NCBI GenBank assembly: GCA_964230215.1
Contig: CAXRGQ010000016.1
Coordinates: 291,982 to 355,981, forward strand
Length of the DNA stretch: 64,000 bases
Direction of reading: 5' to 3'
Source of the DNA: Flavobacteriales bacterium
GTDB lineage: Bacteria > Bacteroidota > Bacteroidia > Flavobacteriales_D > JAUILH01
Shown here in pieces: positions 39,681 to 49,229 of the stretch. The translations under genes and the position numbers were made by a program. The number at the start of each line of letters is the position of its first letter. Within the stretch, counting starts at the first letter, position 1. Below the pieces are notes generated by a model. It searched no databases and was not told the DNA's origin. It saw only the letters and a program-made list of their open reading frames with translations.

Positions 39681-40052
39681 ATGCGCATAGACAAATACAC
39701 ATGGTGTGTACGCCTATTCAAAACCAGATCTAAGGCGACCACGGCTTGTAACAAAGAACAAGTGAGACTCAACGGTGAGACTGTTAAACCGAGCAAGCCG
39801 GTACAAGAAAAAGATGTAATTTCTATTAAACATGGTGCTTTTATGCGTGAGTACAAGGTGCTTGATATTCCAAAATCGCGAGTAGGAGCTAAACTGGTTT
39901 CTGCTCTGTATGTGGAAATAACGCCGGCAGATATATTGGACCAGATACTAGTTGTCGAAAAAATAAATCGTGAGAATAGTGCTCTGGGAATTAAAGGACG
40001 ACCCACCAAAAAGGATCGGAGAGATTTAGATAAAACACGCTTTAACTTTTAA
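39681..40052 (+). CDS. S4-domain RNA-binding protein (Hsp15/HslR-like)
   Basis: MRIDKYTWCVRLFKTRSKATTACNKEQVRLNGETVKPSKPV is the typical S4 alpha-L motif. 123 aa with a basic tail. Confidence 0.8.
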   Translation: MRIDKYTWCVRLFKTRSKATTACNKEQVRLNGETVKPSKPVQEKDVISIKHGAFMREYKVLDIPKSRVGAKLVSALYVEITPADILDQILVVEKINRENSALGIKGRPTKKDRRDLDKTRFNF

Positions 40053-40115
40053 TTACACTGATTTTATTTAGATAATTGTTTGATTTTTGTTACCTGCTCG
40101 GCTAAGCGAGTATCC

Positions 40116-40123
40116 TATTTTTG
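40116..40123 (+). promoter_or_regulatory. -7 promoter box TATTTTTG
   Basis: Exact TAnnTTTG, 5 nt upstream of the ATG at 40129. Confidence 0.4.
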
Positions 40124-40128
40124 ACATT

Positions 40129-41346
40129 ATGAAGAAGATTATTGTCATTGGCGGAGGAACAGCAGGAATAAGTGTTTCAGCCAGACTCTTAAAGGATAAC
40201 AAGGAAGTTGAAATTACCCTTTTTGAACCATCGGATCACCATTATTATCAGCCTCTTTACACATTGGTAGGTGCGGGAGCTGACAAAAAAGAGAAGACAC
40301 AGCGTTTAATGTCTGAGCTCATTCCCAATGGTGTATATTGGATAAAGCGGCGGATAGCAAGGTTTGACCCTGACAATAATTTAGTTATATGCGAAAAGGG
40401 CGAAAACCACGTATATGACTTTCTTGTGGTTGCTCCCGGTATTCAACTTGATTGGCACCTCATTGAAGGACTTAAAGACACATTAGGTAAAAATGGTGTG
40501 TGTAGTATTTACGGCTACCATGAGGCAGAGGAGACATTCAATACATTAAAGGCATTTAAGGGCGGAGACGCCATATTTACCGCGGGAAGTACCCCTGTGA
40601 AATGTGGAGGTGCTTCACAAAAAATAATGTACTTAGCAGATGCCTATTTTAGAAAGCAAGGTATAAGAGATAAAACCAATATTTTATTTGCATCAGCTGG
40701 TACTAGACTTTTTGGTGTTCCTGGGTTCTATGAAGCTTTGCAAAAGGTTGTTAAGAAAAAGGATATTGAGACGCGGTTTTTCCATGAACTTGTTAAAGTA
40801 GACGGTGATAATAAAATTGCACATTTTAAGGTAAAACAATTTAGAGATGGAGAGCAAACACACATCTCTGATGAAACGATAAAATTTGATTTGCTCCACG
40901 TAGTGCCTCCTCAAAGTGCCCCAGACTTCATCAAGGAAAGTGAATTATCAATACAAGATGGAAATCTTAAAGGTTGGCTTGACGTTGACCATTATTCTCT
41001 TCAACATAATAAATATCCTAATATTTTTGGTCTAGGTGATGTTTGTGGACTTCCGACCGCCAAAACAGGAGCAGCCATTCGTAAACAGTTCACTGTGGTG
41101 GCAAACAATATTCGCTTATTGATTAGTGATAAAAATGTAAGCAGCACTGATGTGTACAATGGATACTCGGCCTGCCCTATTCTCACCGACTATTCTCACG
41201 TGATTATGGCTGAGTTTGAATATGGCAACAAACCAAAGCCATCGTTCTTTTTTAATACTAAAAAACCGCTATGGATAATGTATCTGTTAAAGCACTATTT
41301 GCTTCCATGGATGTATTGGAATAGAATGATGAAGGGAAAACAATAA
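40129..41346 (+). CDS. FAD-dependent sulfide:quinone oxidoreductase (type II SQR-like)
   Basis: Rossmann IIVIGGGTAGIS. HHYYQPLYTLVGAG resembles the SQRDL-type motif. Second dinucleotide site and GDVCGLPTAKTGAA. The ORF-track N-terminal extension is rejected. Confidence 0.75.
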   Translation: MKKIIVIGGGTAGISVSARLLKDNKEVEITLFEPSDHHYYQPLYTLVGAGADKKEKTQRLMSELIPNGVYWIKRRIARFDPDNNLVICEKGENHVYDFLVVAPGIQLDWHLIEGLKDTLGKNGVCSIYGYHEAEETFNTLKAFKGGDAIFTAGSTPVKCGGASQKIMYLADAYFRKQGIRDKTNILFASAGTRLFGVPGFYEALQKVVKKKDIETRFFHELVKVDGDNKIAHFKVKQFRDGEQTHISDETIKFDLLHVVPPQSAPDFIKESELSIQDGNLKGWLDVDHYSLQHNKYPNIFGLGDVCGLPTAKTGAAIRKQFTVVANNIRLLISDKNVSSTDVYNGYSACPILTDYSHVIMAEFEYGNKPKPSFFFNTKKPLWIMYLLKHYLLPWMYWNRMMKGKQ

Positions 41347-41374
41347 TTCATCGCAAAAAAAAATAGATAAAAAA

Positions 41375-41404
41375 AGCCCTGACATTTCTGTCAGGGCTTT
41401 CTTA
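41375..41404. terminator. bidirectional rho-independent terminator
   Basis: AGCCCTGACA-TTTC-TGTCAGGGCT is flanked by an A-run upstream and TTTCTT downstream. It sits between convergent genes. Confidence 0.75.
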
Positions 41405-41418
41405 TTAAATCTATGATT

Positions 41419-44400
41419 TTACTTACGAACTACCACTCTAATAGTTTGTGTTTTGTCATCAGATCTAAACTCTACAAAGTAGATGCCTGATTCGTTAACA
41501 TTCAAGCTAACATCTGTCTGATTTCCAATCACGTTCTGAACATGTACTTCACGTCCTAATGCATCACGAACGATTAGCTGTCCATGATTAACATTTGATA
41601 CAAGTGTAAAGTCACCATTCGATGGGTTTGGATATAAGTTGATAGCCAATCCATCTTGCTCATAAACGCTCACCTGAGTTCCAACAATTACTTGAGCAGT
41701 TGTTGTACAGCCATTATCATCAGTGATAGTAACATCATACGTTCCAGCTTCAAGACCAGTTGGATCTTCATCCGTAGATGTAAATCCGTTTGGTCCAGTC
41801 CATGAGAACGTGTAAGGTGCTGTTCCACCAGTAGCTGTTAAGTCAATTGTTCCATCCATACCCATTAACTCATCAGTAGATGTTCCTGATCCGCTTAGGG
41901 CAGTTGGCTCATTGATTGTTACTGACGTAGTTTCAACACATCCGTTACCATCTGTAATTGTAACCGTATAAGTTCCGGCAGCAACACCAGCAAAAACACC
42001 TGTTGATTGTGCTCCTGCACCTAAGTCAAACGTGTAAGGTGATGTTCCACCAGTAGCTGAAACAGCAAGTTCTCCATCACTTAATCCGTTACATGTAACA
42101 TCCATAGTAGAGTCAATTGCACTAACAATTGCTGTTGGTTCTGTAACCGTAACTGATGTTGAAGCTACACAGCTATTGTTATCAGTAACTGTTACGCTGT
42201 ATGTTCCAGCACCAACACCCGATAAATCTTCAGTTGTAGTTGCTCCTGCATCATCCCAAAGGTATGTTGCAGATGTAGCACCACCATTAAGCACAACGTC
42301 TATTTGAATGTCTCCATTCGCATCTCCGTTACAAAGAAGTGCTAAAGTAGAACTTGCTCCATCAACAGTAATAGTAGGTCCATTAGGATCAGACAATGAA
42401 ACTGTAGTTGTCTCAACACAGCCGTTGTCATCTGTTACTGTTAACTGAATACTTCCAGCTGGCATATCAATTGGATCTTCAACTGAAGATGTGTAAGTAC
42501 CACCATCAGACCAGCTATAAGTGTAGGCTCCTGAAATTGTTCCACCACTTACCGTAACTGAAGCAGTTCCATCAGCTACACCACATCCTGTCGGATTAGT
42601 AGTGCCATCAACTGTGATGGCTATTGCTGTAGGCTCTGTTACAGTAACAGCAGCAGAAGCTGTACATCCGTTGGCATCAGTGATGTCAACATTATATGTT
42701 CCAGCCATTAAGCCAGTTAAATCTTCTGAAGTAGATGCTCCTGCATCATCCCATAAGAAAGAGTAAGCAGAAGTTCCGCCAGTCACTGTTAAGTCGGCAG
42801 CACCTGTTGAAGCACCGTTACAATCAACAGCTGTTTCAACCACAGTACCAGCAAGATCAGTTGTTACAGTTACTATTTGAACATCAGTAGTCTGATTTCC
42901 AGCAGCATCTGTAACCGTCCAAGTTACTGTAGTTGATCCCAGTGGGAAAGTAGCTGGCGCGTCATTTGTTACAGTCTCTCCTGAACAGTTATCGGCAGCA
43001 GTTGGAGAACCAAGTGATACACCTGTTGCAGAACATCCCGCTGCATTTGCAAGCACATTCACTGCTGATGGAGCTGTAATTGTTGGGAATTCATCATCTG
43101 TAATTGTCACATCAAAAGATGCAGAAACAGATTGTCCATTGCCGTCTGTATATTCATACGTAACAGTAGTTGTTCCAATTGGGAATAAAGTACCAGATGC
43201 TTGACCAGCTGTCATTGTACCATTCAATCCAGTACCGTCACAATCATCATCAAATGTAGGATCTGTGTAGTTCACGATTGCACCACATTGACCAGCATCA
43301 ACTCCCATAGACATGTTTGTTGGGGCAGCTGCCACTGTAGGCGCATTATCCTGAACAGTAACTGTTTCAATTGTAGTCATCTCAGACTCACACGCACACC
43401 CAGGTGAACCATACACCCAATCGGTAGCAGGATCCATGTTAGTTAGTGTACCATCAAAGTTTCCAGTGATATCTGAAGCAGTTGTACCCGCGCCATCGTT
43501 AAAGTTGTACGCCGCAATTAAATCTGTCTCAGTACCTGAAATACAGTTATTCATATTTGCTGCAACCTCACTAGCAGTTAGCGGTGAATTCCAGATTCTT
43601 AAATTATCAACATTTCCATTAAATTCTGCTCCGCCCCATGGAACATTACCAATGCTAATTTGACCTGTTCCAGCATAATCAGCACCAGAAACGTCTGCTG
43701 CAACTTGCGTACCGTCCATATATATGGTTCTTGCATTTGTAACAGCATCATAAGTAACTGCATAGTGGTGCCAGTTCATATCCGTAACTGGGCCTGCATC
43801 CAAGTCATTTGCCCAGAAAGCAAACGTAAAGTTGTTAGAGCCTCCTCTAAATCCAATATGCAAAGCTTGGTTTGTTGTGTTTACGCCATTGTATTGACCA
43901 ATAACAAAGTCATTTCCACCAATAGCTGAACGTTTAGCCCAGAACTCTATTGAGAACGATTGATTTGCAAAATCTACTCCTGTTACATCTACTTGCTCAT
44001 TAGCACCGTTGAAATCTAATCCAAGTGTGTTAGTTGCTAGCACATTATAAGATGTAGTCGCTGACAGGTTACCAGTATTCATGTTCAATGCACTACCGTT
44101 TCCAGCAGTTGGTCCTTCAATAATCGCGTCATTCGAATCATCTCTTAAGAAATAGAATGCTCCGTTTTGAGATGAACCTAAATCAATAGTAGTAGCTGTG
44201 TTAGGGCAAACAGTTGATGAAGCAGCAGTCACAGTCTCGTCATTCAACGGATCAATAGTAACAGTAGCTGTTGTACTCATATCCATTGAACATGCTCCAC
44301 ATGTATTTGCTCCAGCAACCCAACTTGTCGCAGGATCAAGTAACGTCAACGTTCCGTGGTTTCCACCAGCAAAGTCAATTACTTGTGTAGAGTTCACACC

Positions 44401-46434
44401 TGACTCAAGGCTGTAGTTAGCAACTAAACCTGCATCATTATTATCTACGCATTTGTCCATGTATTCTTTGATTTGGTAACTAGAACGTCCAGTATTCCAT
44501 AATCTAACGTTATCAATAGCACCATTGTGGTGAGAATGATCAACGTCAGCTGCACCTATTGTTAATGGAGCTGCAGAAGAGTTTGGCGCAACAGCATAAG
44601 TTGTTGAACCACTCAACTCGCCATTTATATATAAATGACAATCATTTCCAACTCTTGTACCTGCAATATGATACCACTGCCCAGGCACTACGCTTCCAGC
44701 AGCTGTTATGTTCATGTTAGCTGATCCATACATCTGCCATAGTACATCACCACTTTGGTTATACCACAAGCCATACGTTCTGTCTGAGCCATTTCCTTTT
44801 CCAACAATACGTACCCAGTCCGGTACATATGCGTCAATGTATATCCAAGCTTCAACTGTGATGTCTCCTGTAATGTCAAACTCGGGTGCGTTTCCACAAT
44901 CAATATATCCATCAACACCATCGATTTGAATTGCATCTGAAGATCCTCCAGCGTTATGTGCAATTACATTATAAGTAGTAGTTGCTGAAATGGTTCCAGT
45001 CTCTAAATCAATAGAACCACCGTTACCAGCCACTGGTCCGTCAACAATCATATTTGTTGCGTCATCTCTTAAGAAGTACTCAACTCCAGTTTCAGAAGAA
45101 GCTAGGTTAATATTAGTTGCTCCGTTACAAATGATATTGCTTGTACCTGCAGCAACAGTCTGATCAACAGGTGTGTTTGCTACCGAAACAATAACTTCTT
45201 GTCTATCACTTTCACATCCACTACCATCCACTTGAGAAACTAAGTATGTTGCTGTACCAGCAGAAGCTGTGTTTGGCGTAGGTGCCGTAGTTGTATAACC
45301 TGCACCGTATGTAGTTGTATAGAATCTAAGTGATGTGCCTGTTCCTGAAAGTGTTCCCGAAAGCGGAGATGCTGGCTCACCAACACAATAGTATTGCGAA
45401 CTTGCAGCCGGTGCAGCTGGAGGTGTACCTGATGAAATAACATGCAATGTTCCACCAACTGTGTGCCATGTACTTGCACTTGATTGCATTACTACTGACG
45501 TAATTGGAATATAACTTGTCAAATCAATATTATGTGGTGACGCAAACGTTCCAATGTTACTTCCGTTAACGAAAAGCGTGTACGAACCAGCAAACCAAAT
45601 TGAACCATTCCATATGTTCGCAGCACCCTCAAGGTATACCTGAGATTGACAAGAACTAATATGGTTAAAATCGATTTGTGCTATTTGACCACCATTAACA
45701 CCAGTACCTCCATTATACACCACCTGAGGATCACATGGCAATCCACCAACCCACATTGGGTTTGACACTAGCGTTCCATCATAGCCATTTCCAGTTCTAT
45801 CAACTAATGTCGATCCTGAACCTGACTCGAAATCATACTGAGCAAGTAATCCACCAGGATTGAAGTCAAAACAAACGTCTTTGGTCATAGCGATTTGCAA
45901 GTCACTTCTCGTAACATTCCAAATTCTCACTCGATCAATCATACCGTCCATATACTCAGAACCAGTTAAACTCCCTCCGATTCGGAAATTATTTGATGTT
46001 GCGGGAAATGCGCCAGATACCGCTGCTGTATTCTCAAGGGCGCCGTTAACGTATACCTTAAGATTGGTTCCGTCCCACGAACCAGCAATGTGCGTCCACG
46101 TTCCAACTGGAATAGTAGTTGTCCCGGTCACATTTTGAAAACCAGAGCCGTTATCAACCCAGAAGCGAGCAAAACCATTGTCAATTCTCAGCAGAAACTG
46201 CATTCCACTATTATAGTTACCAGCTATGGTCCTATACGTACCTGAGCTTTCCAAGTTAACCCAACCTTCTACTGTAATTGCACTTGTTCCAGTGAATACT
46301 GAATTTATACTAGTACCGGCATCAACGTACTGGCCGGAACTCTCTTCAAAGTCCAATGCGGACTGACCGTAGGATAATTGCCAACAACCCAAACTGAGCA
46401 TGACTATCCCGATTTTTTTTAGATGTTTTTTCAT
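41419..46434 (-). CDS. giant secreted cell-surface protein: LamG/ConA-like jellyroll domains, HYR domains, SprB-type repeats and a T9SS type-A C-terminal sorting domain
   Basis: Signal peptide. Three or more LamG-like signatures (MIDRVRIWN, AIDNVRLWN, NVDNLRIWN). HYR-like GTTTVTYEYTD/GSTTVTWTVTD. Five CNG...GG.(S/A)PY.(F/Y).W...G.Y.V.(I/V)TD.NGC repeats. C-terminus NLYPNPSNGDFTL...GIYFVEF...IRVVVRK. Confidence 0.8.
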   Translation of the reverse strand: MKKHLKKIGIVMLSLGCWQLSYGQSALDFEESSGQYVDAGTSINSVFTGTSAITVEGWVNLESSGTYRTIAGNYNSGMQFLLRIDNGFARFWVDNGSGFQNVTGTTTIPVGTWTHIAGSWDGTNLKVYVNGALENTAAVSGAFPATSNNFRIGGSLTGSEYMDGMIDRVRIWNVTRSDLQIAMTKDVCFDFNPGGLLAQYDFESGSGSTLVDRTGNGYDGTLVSNPMWVGGLPCDPQVVYNGGTGVNGGQIAQIDFNHISSCQSQVYLEGAANIWNGSIWFAGSYTLFVNGSNIGTFASPHNIDLTSYIPITSVVMQSSASTWHTVGGTLHVISSGTPPAAPAASSQYYCVGEPASPLSGTLSGTGTSLRFYTTTYGAGYTTTAPTPNTASAGTATYLVSQVDGSGCESDRQEVIVSVANTPVDQTVAAGTSNIICNGATNINLASSETGVEYFLRDDATNMIVDGPVAGNGGSIDLETGTISATTTYNVIAHNAGGSSDAIQIDGVDGYIDCGNAPEFDITGDITVEAWIYIDAYVPDWVRIVGKGNGSDRTYGLWYNQSGDVLWQMYGSANMNITAAGSVVPGQWYHIAGTRVGNDCHLYINGELSGSTTYAVAPNSSAAPLTIGAADVDHSHHNGAIDNVRLWNTGRSSYQIKEYMDKCVDNNDAGLVANYSLESGVNSTQVIDFAGGNHGTLTLLDPATSWVAGANTCGACSMDMSTTATVTIDPLNDETVTAASSTVCPNTATTIDLGSSQNGAFYFLRDDSNDAIIEGPTAGNGSALNMNTGNLSATTSYNVLATNTLGLDFNGANEQVDVTGVDFANQSFSIEFWAKRSAIGGNDFVIGQYNGVNTTNQALHIGFRGGSNNFTFAFWANDLDAGPVTDMNWHHYAVTYDAVTNARTIYMDGTQVAADVSGADYAGTGQISIGNVPWGGAEFNGNVDNLRIWNSPLTASEVAANMNNCISGTETDLIAAYNFNDGAGTTASDITGNFDGTLTNMDPATDWVYGSPGCACESEMTTIETVTVQDNAPTVAAAPTNMSMGVDAGQCGAIVNYTDPTFDDDCDGTGLNGTMTAGQASGTLFPIGTTTVTYEYTDGNGQSVSASFDVTITDDEFPTITAPSAVNVLANAAGCSATGVSLGSPTAADNCSGETVTNDAPATFPLGSTTVTWTVTDAAGNQTTDVQIVTVTTDLAGTVVETAVDCNGASTGAADLTVTGGTSAYSFLWDDAGASTSEDLTGLMAGTYNVDITDANGCTASAAVTVTEPTAIAITVDGTTNPTGCGVADGTASVTVSGGTISGAYTYSWSDGGTYTSSVEDPIDMPAGSIQLTVTDDNGCVETTTVSLSDPNGPTITVDGASSTLALLCNGDANGDIQIDVVLNGGATSATYLWDDAGATTTEDLSGVGAGTYSVTVTDNNSCVASTSVTVTEPTAIVSAIDSTMDVTCNGLSDGELAVSATGGTSPYTFDLGAGAQSTGVFAGVAAGTYTVTITDGNGCVETTSVTINEPTALSGSGTSTDELMGMDGTIDLTATGGTAPYTFSWTGPNGFTSTDEDPTGLEAGTYDVTITDDNGCTTTAQVIVGTQVSVYEQDGLAINLYPNPSNGDFTLVSNVNHGQLIVRDALGREVHVQNVIGNQTDVSLNVNESGIYFVEFRSDDKTQTIRVVVRK
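41690..42840 (-). repeat. five tandem ~75-80-aa SprB-type coding repeats inside the giant gene (approximate borders)
   Basis: Protein-level periodicity (…TVTGGTSAYSFLWDD…, …VSGGTISGAYTYSWSD…, …LNGGATSATYLWDD…, …ATGGTSPYTFDLG…, …ATGGTAPYTFSWTG…), each unit ending in TD(A/D/G/N)NGC…V(T/S)…P. Confidence 0.5.
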
Positions 46435-46583
46435 AGATTATAGTTTTACTCAAAAAAACAAAAGCACAATTAATAAACTGAAATTAATGTTGTGAAATAC
46501 ACGATTTTGTATGCGAAATGCAGAGGTGATTTTTGCGATTATATTTCCTTGATATGTTTAAGAAATATTCACTATTAATTCAA

Positions 46584-46591
46584 TATTTTTG
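46584..46591 (+). promoter_or_regulatory. -7 promoter box TATTTTTG
   Basis: Exact TAnnTTTG, 4 nt upstream of the ATG at 46596. Confidence 0.4.
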
Positions 46592-46595
46592 ATCC

Positions 46596-47888
46596 ATGAT
46601 AAAATTCCTAACTGTAGTATTTGCGCTCATTTCCATTCACGGAATTGGACAAACTTACACATCATACCACACTGGGTCTGTAACAGACACACCTGGAAAT
46701 GCGATGGGAGGCATTTGCCTAATGGGAGGTGCAAGTGAAAATGACAACGCCATGATATGGTTTCTTAATAGAGCAAATGGTGGAGATGTTCTAGTTTTAA
46801 GAGCCTCAGGAAGTGATGGATATAATAATTATATGTATAGCACTCTAGGAGTGACACTTAATTCGGTCGAAACTATAGTCTGTAATTCTCCTGCGGCTAG
46901 TTATGACGCTTATGTGATTGATAAAATAAGTAAAGCTGAGGCGATATGGTTTGCAGGTGGAGATCAATGGGACTACATATCATATTGGAGAAATACACCG
47001 GTTGACAGCGCAATTAATGCGGGCATCCAAAATAGAAACATAGCCATTGGTGGGACAAGTGCGGGTATGGCAATTCAAGGTGGTAGCTACTTTTCTGCTC
47101 AAAATGGAACAGTAAGTTCTGCAGCAGCACTTTCCAATCCTTTCACCACTAATGTCACGGTAGATCACACGGACTTTATAAACCACCCTGTTTTAGATAA
47201 GGTAATTACCGATACACATTATGATAATCCCGACCGTCGGGGAAGGCAAGTAGTATTCCTAGCCCGTATGCAACAAGATTTTGGAACACATGTTAAGGGT
47301 ATTGCCTGTGACGAATATACTGCTGTATGTATTGATAATAATGGCATGGCGAGCGTATATGGTGAATATCCAAGCTATGATGACTTTGCCTATTTCATTC
47401 AGAGTAATTGTGAGTTATCATCTTTTACTCCAGAAGACTGCTCTTCAGGCAATCCTTTAAATTGGAATTTAAATGGAGAAGCGCTTAAAGTGTTTAAAGC
47501 TAATGGAACTGTGAACGGCTCCACAAGTTTTAATTTGAATGATTGGCAAACAGCAAACGGAGGTGAATGGCAAAATTGGTCGGTTGACCAAGGAACGCTT
47601 GTAACGACTAGCGGAACTCAAATAAATTGCGCCAATAGCTCGATGGAAATAGAGACAATAAACATCAGCATATATCCCAATCCATCCAACGGTATTATTG
47701 TACTCAAGGGCGCTCCGCTAAATTCGAATATCGACATTTACGATAGCAGAGGGCGTCATGTCGCTAGATATATTGCAAACAATCATGTAATAAGTATTGA
47801 TTGCACAAATCTTGATGATGGTATTTACTCCGCCAAGGTGAGTGATTCTAATTCGAGTCAATCCAAACTCTTTAGTGTTACAAAATAG
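46596..47888 (+). CDS. secreted peptidase S51 (cyanophycinase-like) family protein with T9SS C-terminal sorting domain
   Basis: Signal peptide. MGGASEND...VLVLRASG...IWFAGGDQW...IGGTSAGMAI (GxSAG nucleophile elbow). C-terminal IYPNPSNGIIVL...DGIYSAKV...LFSVTK. Confidence 0.65.
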   Translation: MIKFLTVVFALISIHGIGQTYTSYHTGSVTDTPGNAMGGICLMGGASENDNAMIWFLNRANGGDVLVLRASGSDGYNNYMYSTLGVTLNSVETIVCNSPAASYDAYVIDKISKAEAIWFAGGDQWDYISYWRNTPVDSAINAGIQNRNIAIGGTSAGMAIQGGSYFSAQNGTVSSAAALSNPFTTNVTVDHTDFINHPVLDKVITDTHYDNPDRRGRQVVFLARMQQDFGTHVKGIACDEYTAVCIDNNGMASVYGEYPSYDDFAYFIQSNCELSSFTPEDCSSGNPLNWNLNGEALKVFKANGTVNGSTSFNLNDWQTANGGEWQNWSVDQGTLVTTSGTQINCANSSMEIETINISIYPNPSNGIIVLKGAPLNSNIDIYDSRGRHVARYIANNHVISIDCTNLDDGIYSAKVSDSNSSQSKLFSVTK

Positions 47889-47962
47889 CTGAGTCACCTT
47901 CTTCACAGCCATTTTGGACAAATAATATTAATGCCAGGTTCACGATTATATCGGCAATTACG

Positions 47963-47970
47963 TACCTTTG
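47963..47970 (+). promoter_or_regulatory. -7 promoter box TACCTTTG
   Basis: Exact TAnnTTTG, 4 nt upstream of the ATG at 47975. Confidence 0.4.
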
Positions 47971-47974
47971 AACT

Positions 47975-48598
47975 ATGATACAGTTTAGATTTATAGCTTT
48001 GGTAATCATTGTTTTGAGCATTTATTCGTGCGGGAATACCGAGTCGAGTAATTCAAACTCTGAAGAGGCGTCTCCTACAAAAGACACCACGGCTATTGAG
48101 CATACAGATACGGTTATCACAAGTCAGCCTAAAAAACTACTATCTCCAAGAAAAATTGCAAGAGGCAATACCGTAGTTGGTGAAATTGAAGTTGATTATG
48201 GTGCGCCTAGTGTAAGAGGACGAAAAATATGGGGTGAGCTTGTGCCTTATGATTCGCTATGGCGTGCTGGAGCTAATGAAACTACTGCTATTACCTTTGA
48301 AAACAACGTTTCGATTGGAGGGACAAATTTGCAAGCAGGTACTTATGGCTTCTTTGTATACCCAACAGACTCTGGTAAATGGACTATTATTCTAAACACA
48401 AAATGGCATAAAGACAAACACGATATGTGGGGCACCTATGGTTATAACCCTGAGCATGATGTTTTGCGTTATGATGTTACCCCGATTAAAAATAATAGCC
48501 AGCAAGAGACACTACTATATGAAATCTCAAATAATGCCTCAATTCAGTTAATTTGGGATTCATTAACAGTTGAAGTACCTGTTCATCAAGCTAAATAA
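47975..48598 (+). CDS. DUF2911 domain-containing lipoprotein
   Basis: Lipobox SIYSCG. YGAPSVRGRKIWGELVPYDSLWRAGANETTAITF...GTYGFFVYP...WTIILN is the typical DUF2911 signature. Confidence 0.7.
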   Translation: MIQFRFIALVIIVLSIYSCGNTESSNSNSEEASPTKDTTAIEHTDTVITSQPKKLLSPRKIARGNTVVGEIEVDYGAPSVRGRKIWGELVPYDSLWRAGANETTAITFENNVSIGGTNLQAGTYGFFVYPTDSGKWTIILNTKWHKDKHDMWGTYGYNPEHDVLRYDVTPIKNNSQQETLLYEISNNASIQLIWDSLTVEVPVHQAK

Positions 48599-48619
48599 AT
48601 AGTCAATTTGGTGCACTCT

Positions 48620-48634
48620 TTTTCAAAATGAAAA
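48620..48634. promoter_or_regulatory. palindrome TTTTCA-AAA-TGAAAA, candidate enhancer (UAS) for the sigma-54 activator
   Basis: Perfect 6+6 inverted repeat about 110 bp upstream of the -24 GG at 48737. The same arms recur upstream of the second sigma-54 promoter. Confidence 0.4.
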
Positions 48635-48735
48635 TAATTTAAAGTTGTTTCAATAATAATACCTTAGCACTCATTCGTCATAACTAACTGTATACCTACA
48701 TCTTACCTCCCTCTCACCGAAAACCTCACATTTGA

Positions 48736-48751
48736 TGGCACAAGCTTAGCA
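48736..48751 (+). promoter_or_regulatory. sigma-54 (-24/-12) promoter TGGCAC-AAGCT-TAGCA
   Basis: GG (48737-38) and GC (48749-50) are separated by exactly 10 nt. 22 nt upstream of the ATG at 48773. Confidence 0.7.
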
Positions 48752-48772
48752 GTTGAATGAAAAACTGCAATT

Positions 48773-49192
48773 ATGAAAACAACTTATTTTAATATAGCCA
48801 TCTTAGACGATAGTGACTTCTACAACCATTTAATCACAAAGCAAATTAGTAGTTATGCAGAAGCATTATCGACCTATCACAACGCTGTGATCACTATCGA
48901 ATCATTTACCGATCACTTGAAATTCAAGAAATATTTGCAAGCCAATTTAGACGTAGTCATTTTAGACTACTACTTAGGTGGAGGTTATACTGCACTTGAT
49001 ATGTTGCATGAGATCGAAAATGCATCTCCTGATTGCCAGGTCTTAGTCCTATCACAGCAACGTAACATGTTTACTGCTCACAGAACCATAACAGAAGGAG
49101 CAAGCCAATTCATACATAAATCGGATAAATATGCATTGCCGAAAGCCTGCTTTTTTATAGAAAATCAATTATCTAAAAAAACAAGGGCATAG
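48773..49192 (+). CDS. stand-alone response regulator receiver protein
   Basis: REC signature: ILDDSD, acceptor VVILDYYL, VLVLSQQ (T/S position) and IHKSD (Lys). No output domain. Confidence 0.8.
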   Translation: MKTTYFNIAILDDSDFYNHLITKQISSYAEALSTYHNAVITIESFTDHLKFKKYLQANLDVVILDYYLGGGYTALDMLHEIENASPDCQVLVLSQQRNMFTAHRTITEGASQFIHKSDKYALPKACFFIENQLSKKTRA

Positions 49193-49229
49193 AATTGTCA
49201 ATCAATTATTTGTTGTAAATTATTAAGCC

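Noticed and set aside
39626-40009. 127-aa minus-strand ORF overlapping the S4-domain gene.
   Set aside because: The plus-strand product has an unmistakable S4/Hsp15 signature. The antisense product has no motif and no start context.
41690-42840. Periodic DNA repeats that could be mistaken for a CRISPR or tandem-repeat array.
   Set aside because: The periodicity is about 230 bp and lies in frame inside a CDS, corresponding to SprB-type protein repeats. There are no short identical repeats with unique spacers anywhere in the window.
43201-46138. Several 68-92-aa ORFs antisense to, or out of frame with, the 1671-aa T9SS cargo gene.
   Set aside because: They are embedded in a continuous 5-kb ORF with clear domain signatures. 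Their composition (Ser/Thr/Val/Cys-rich) mirrors the repeat coding strand.
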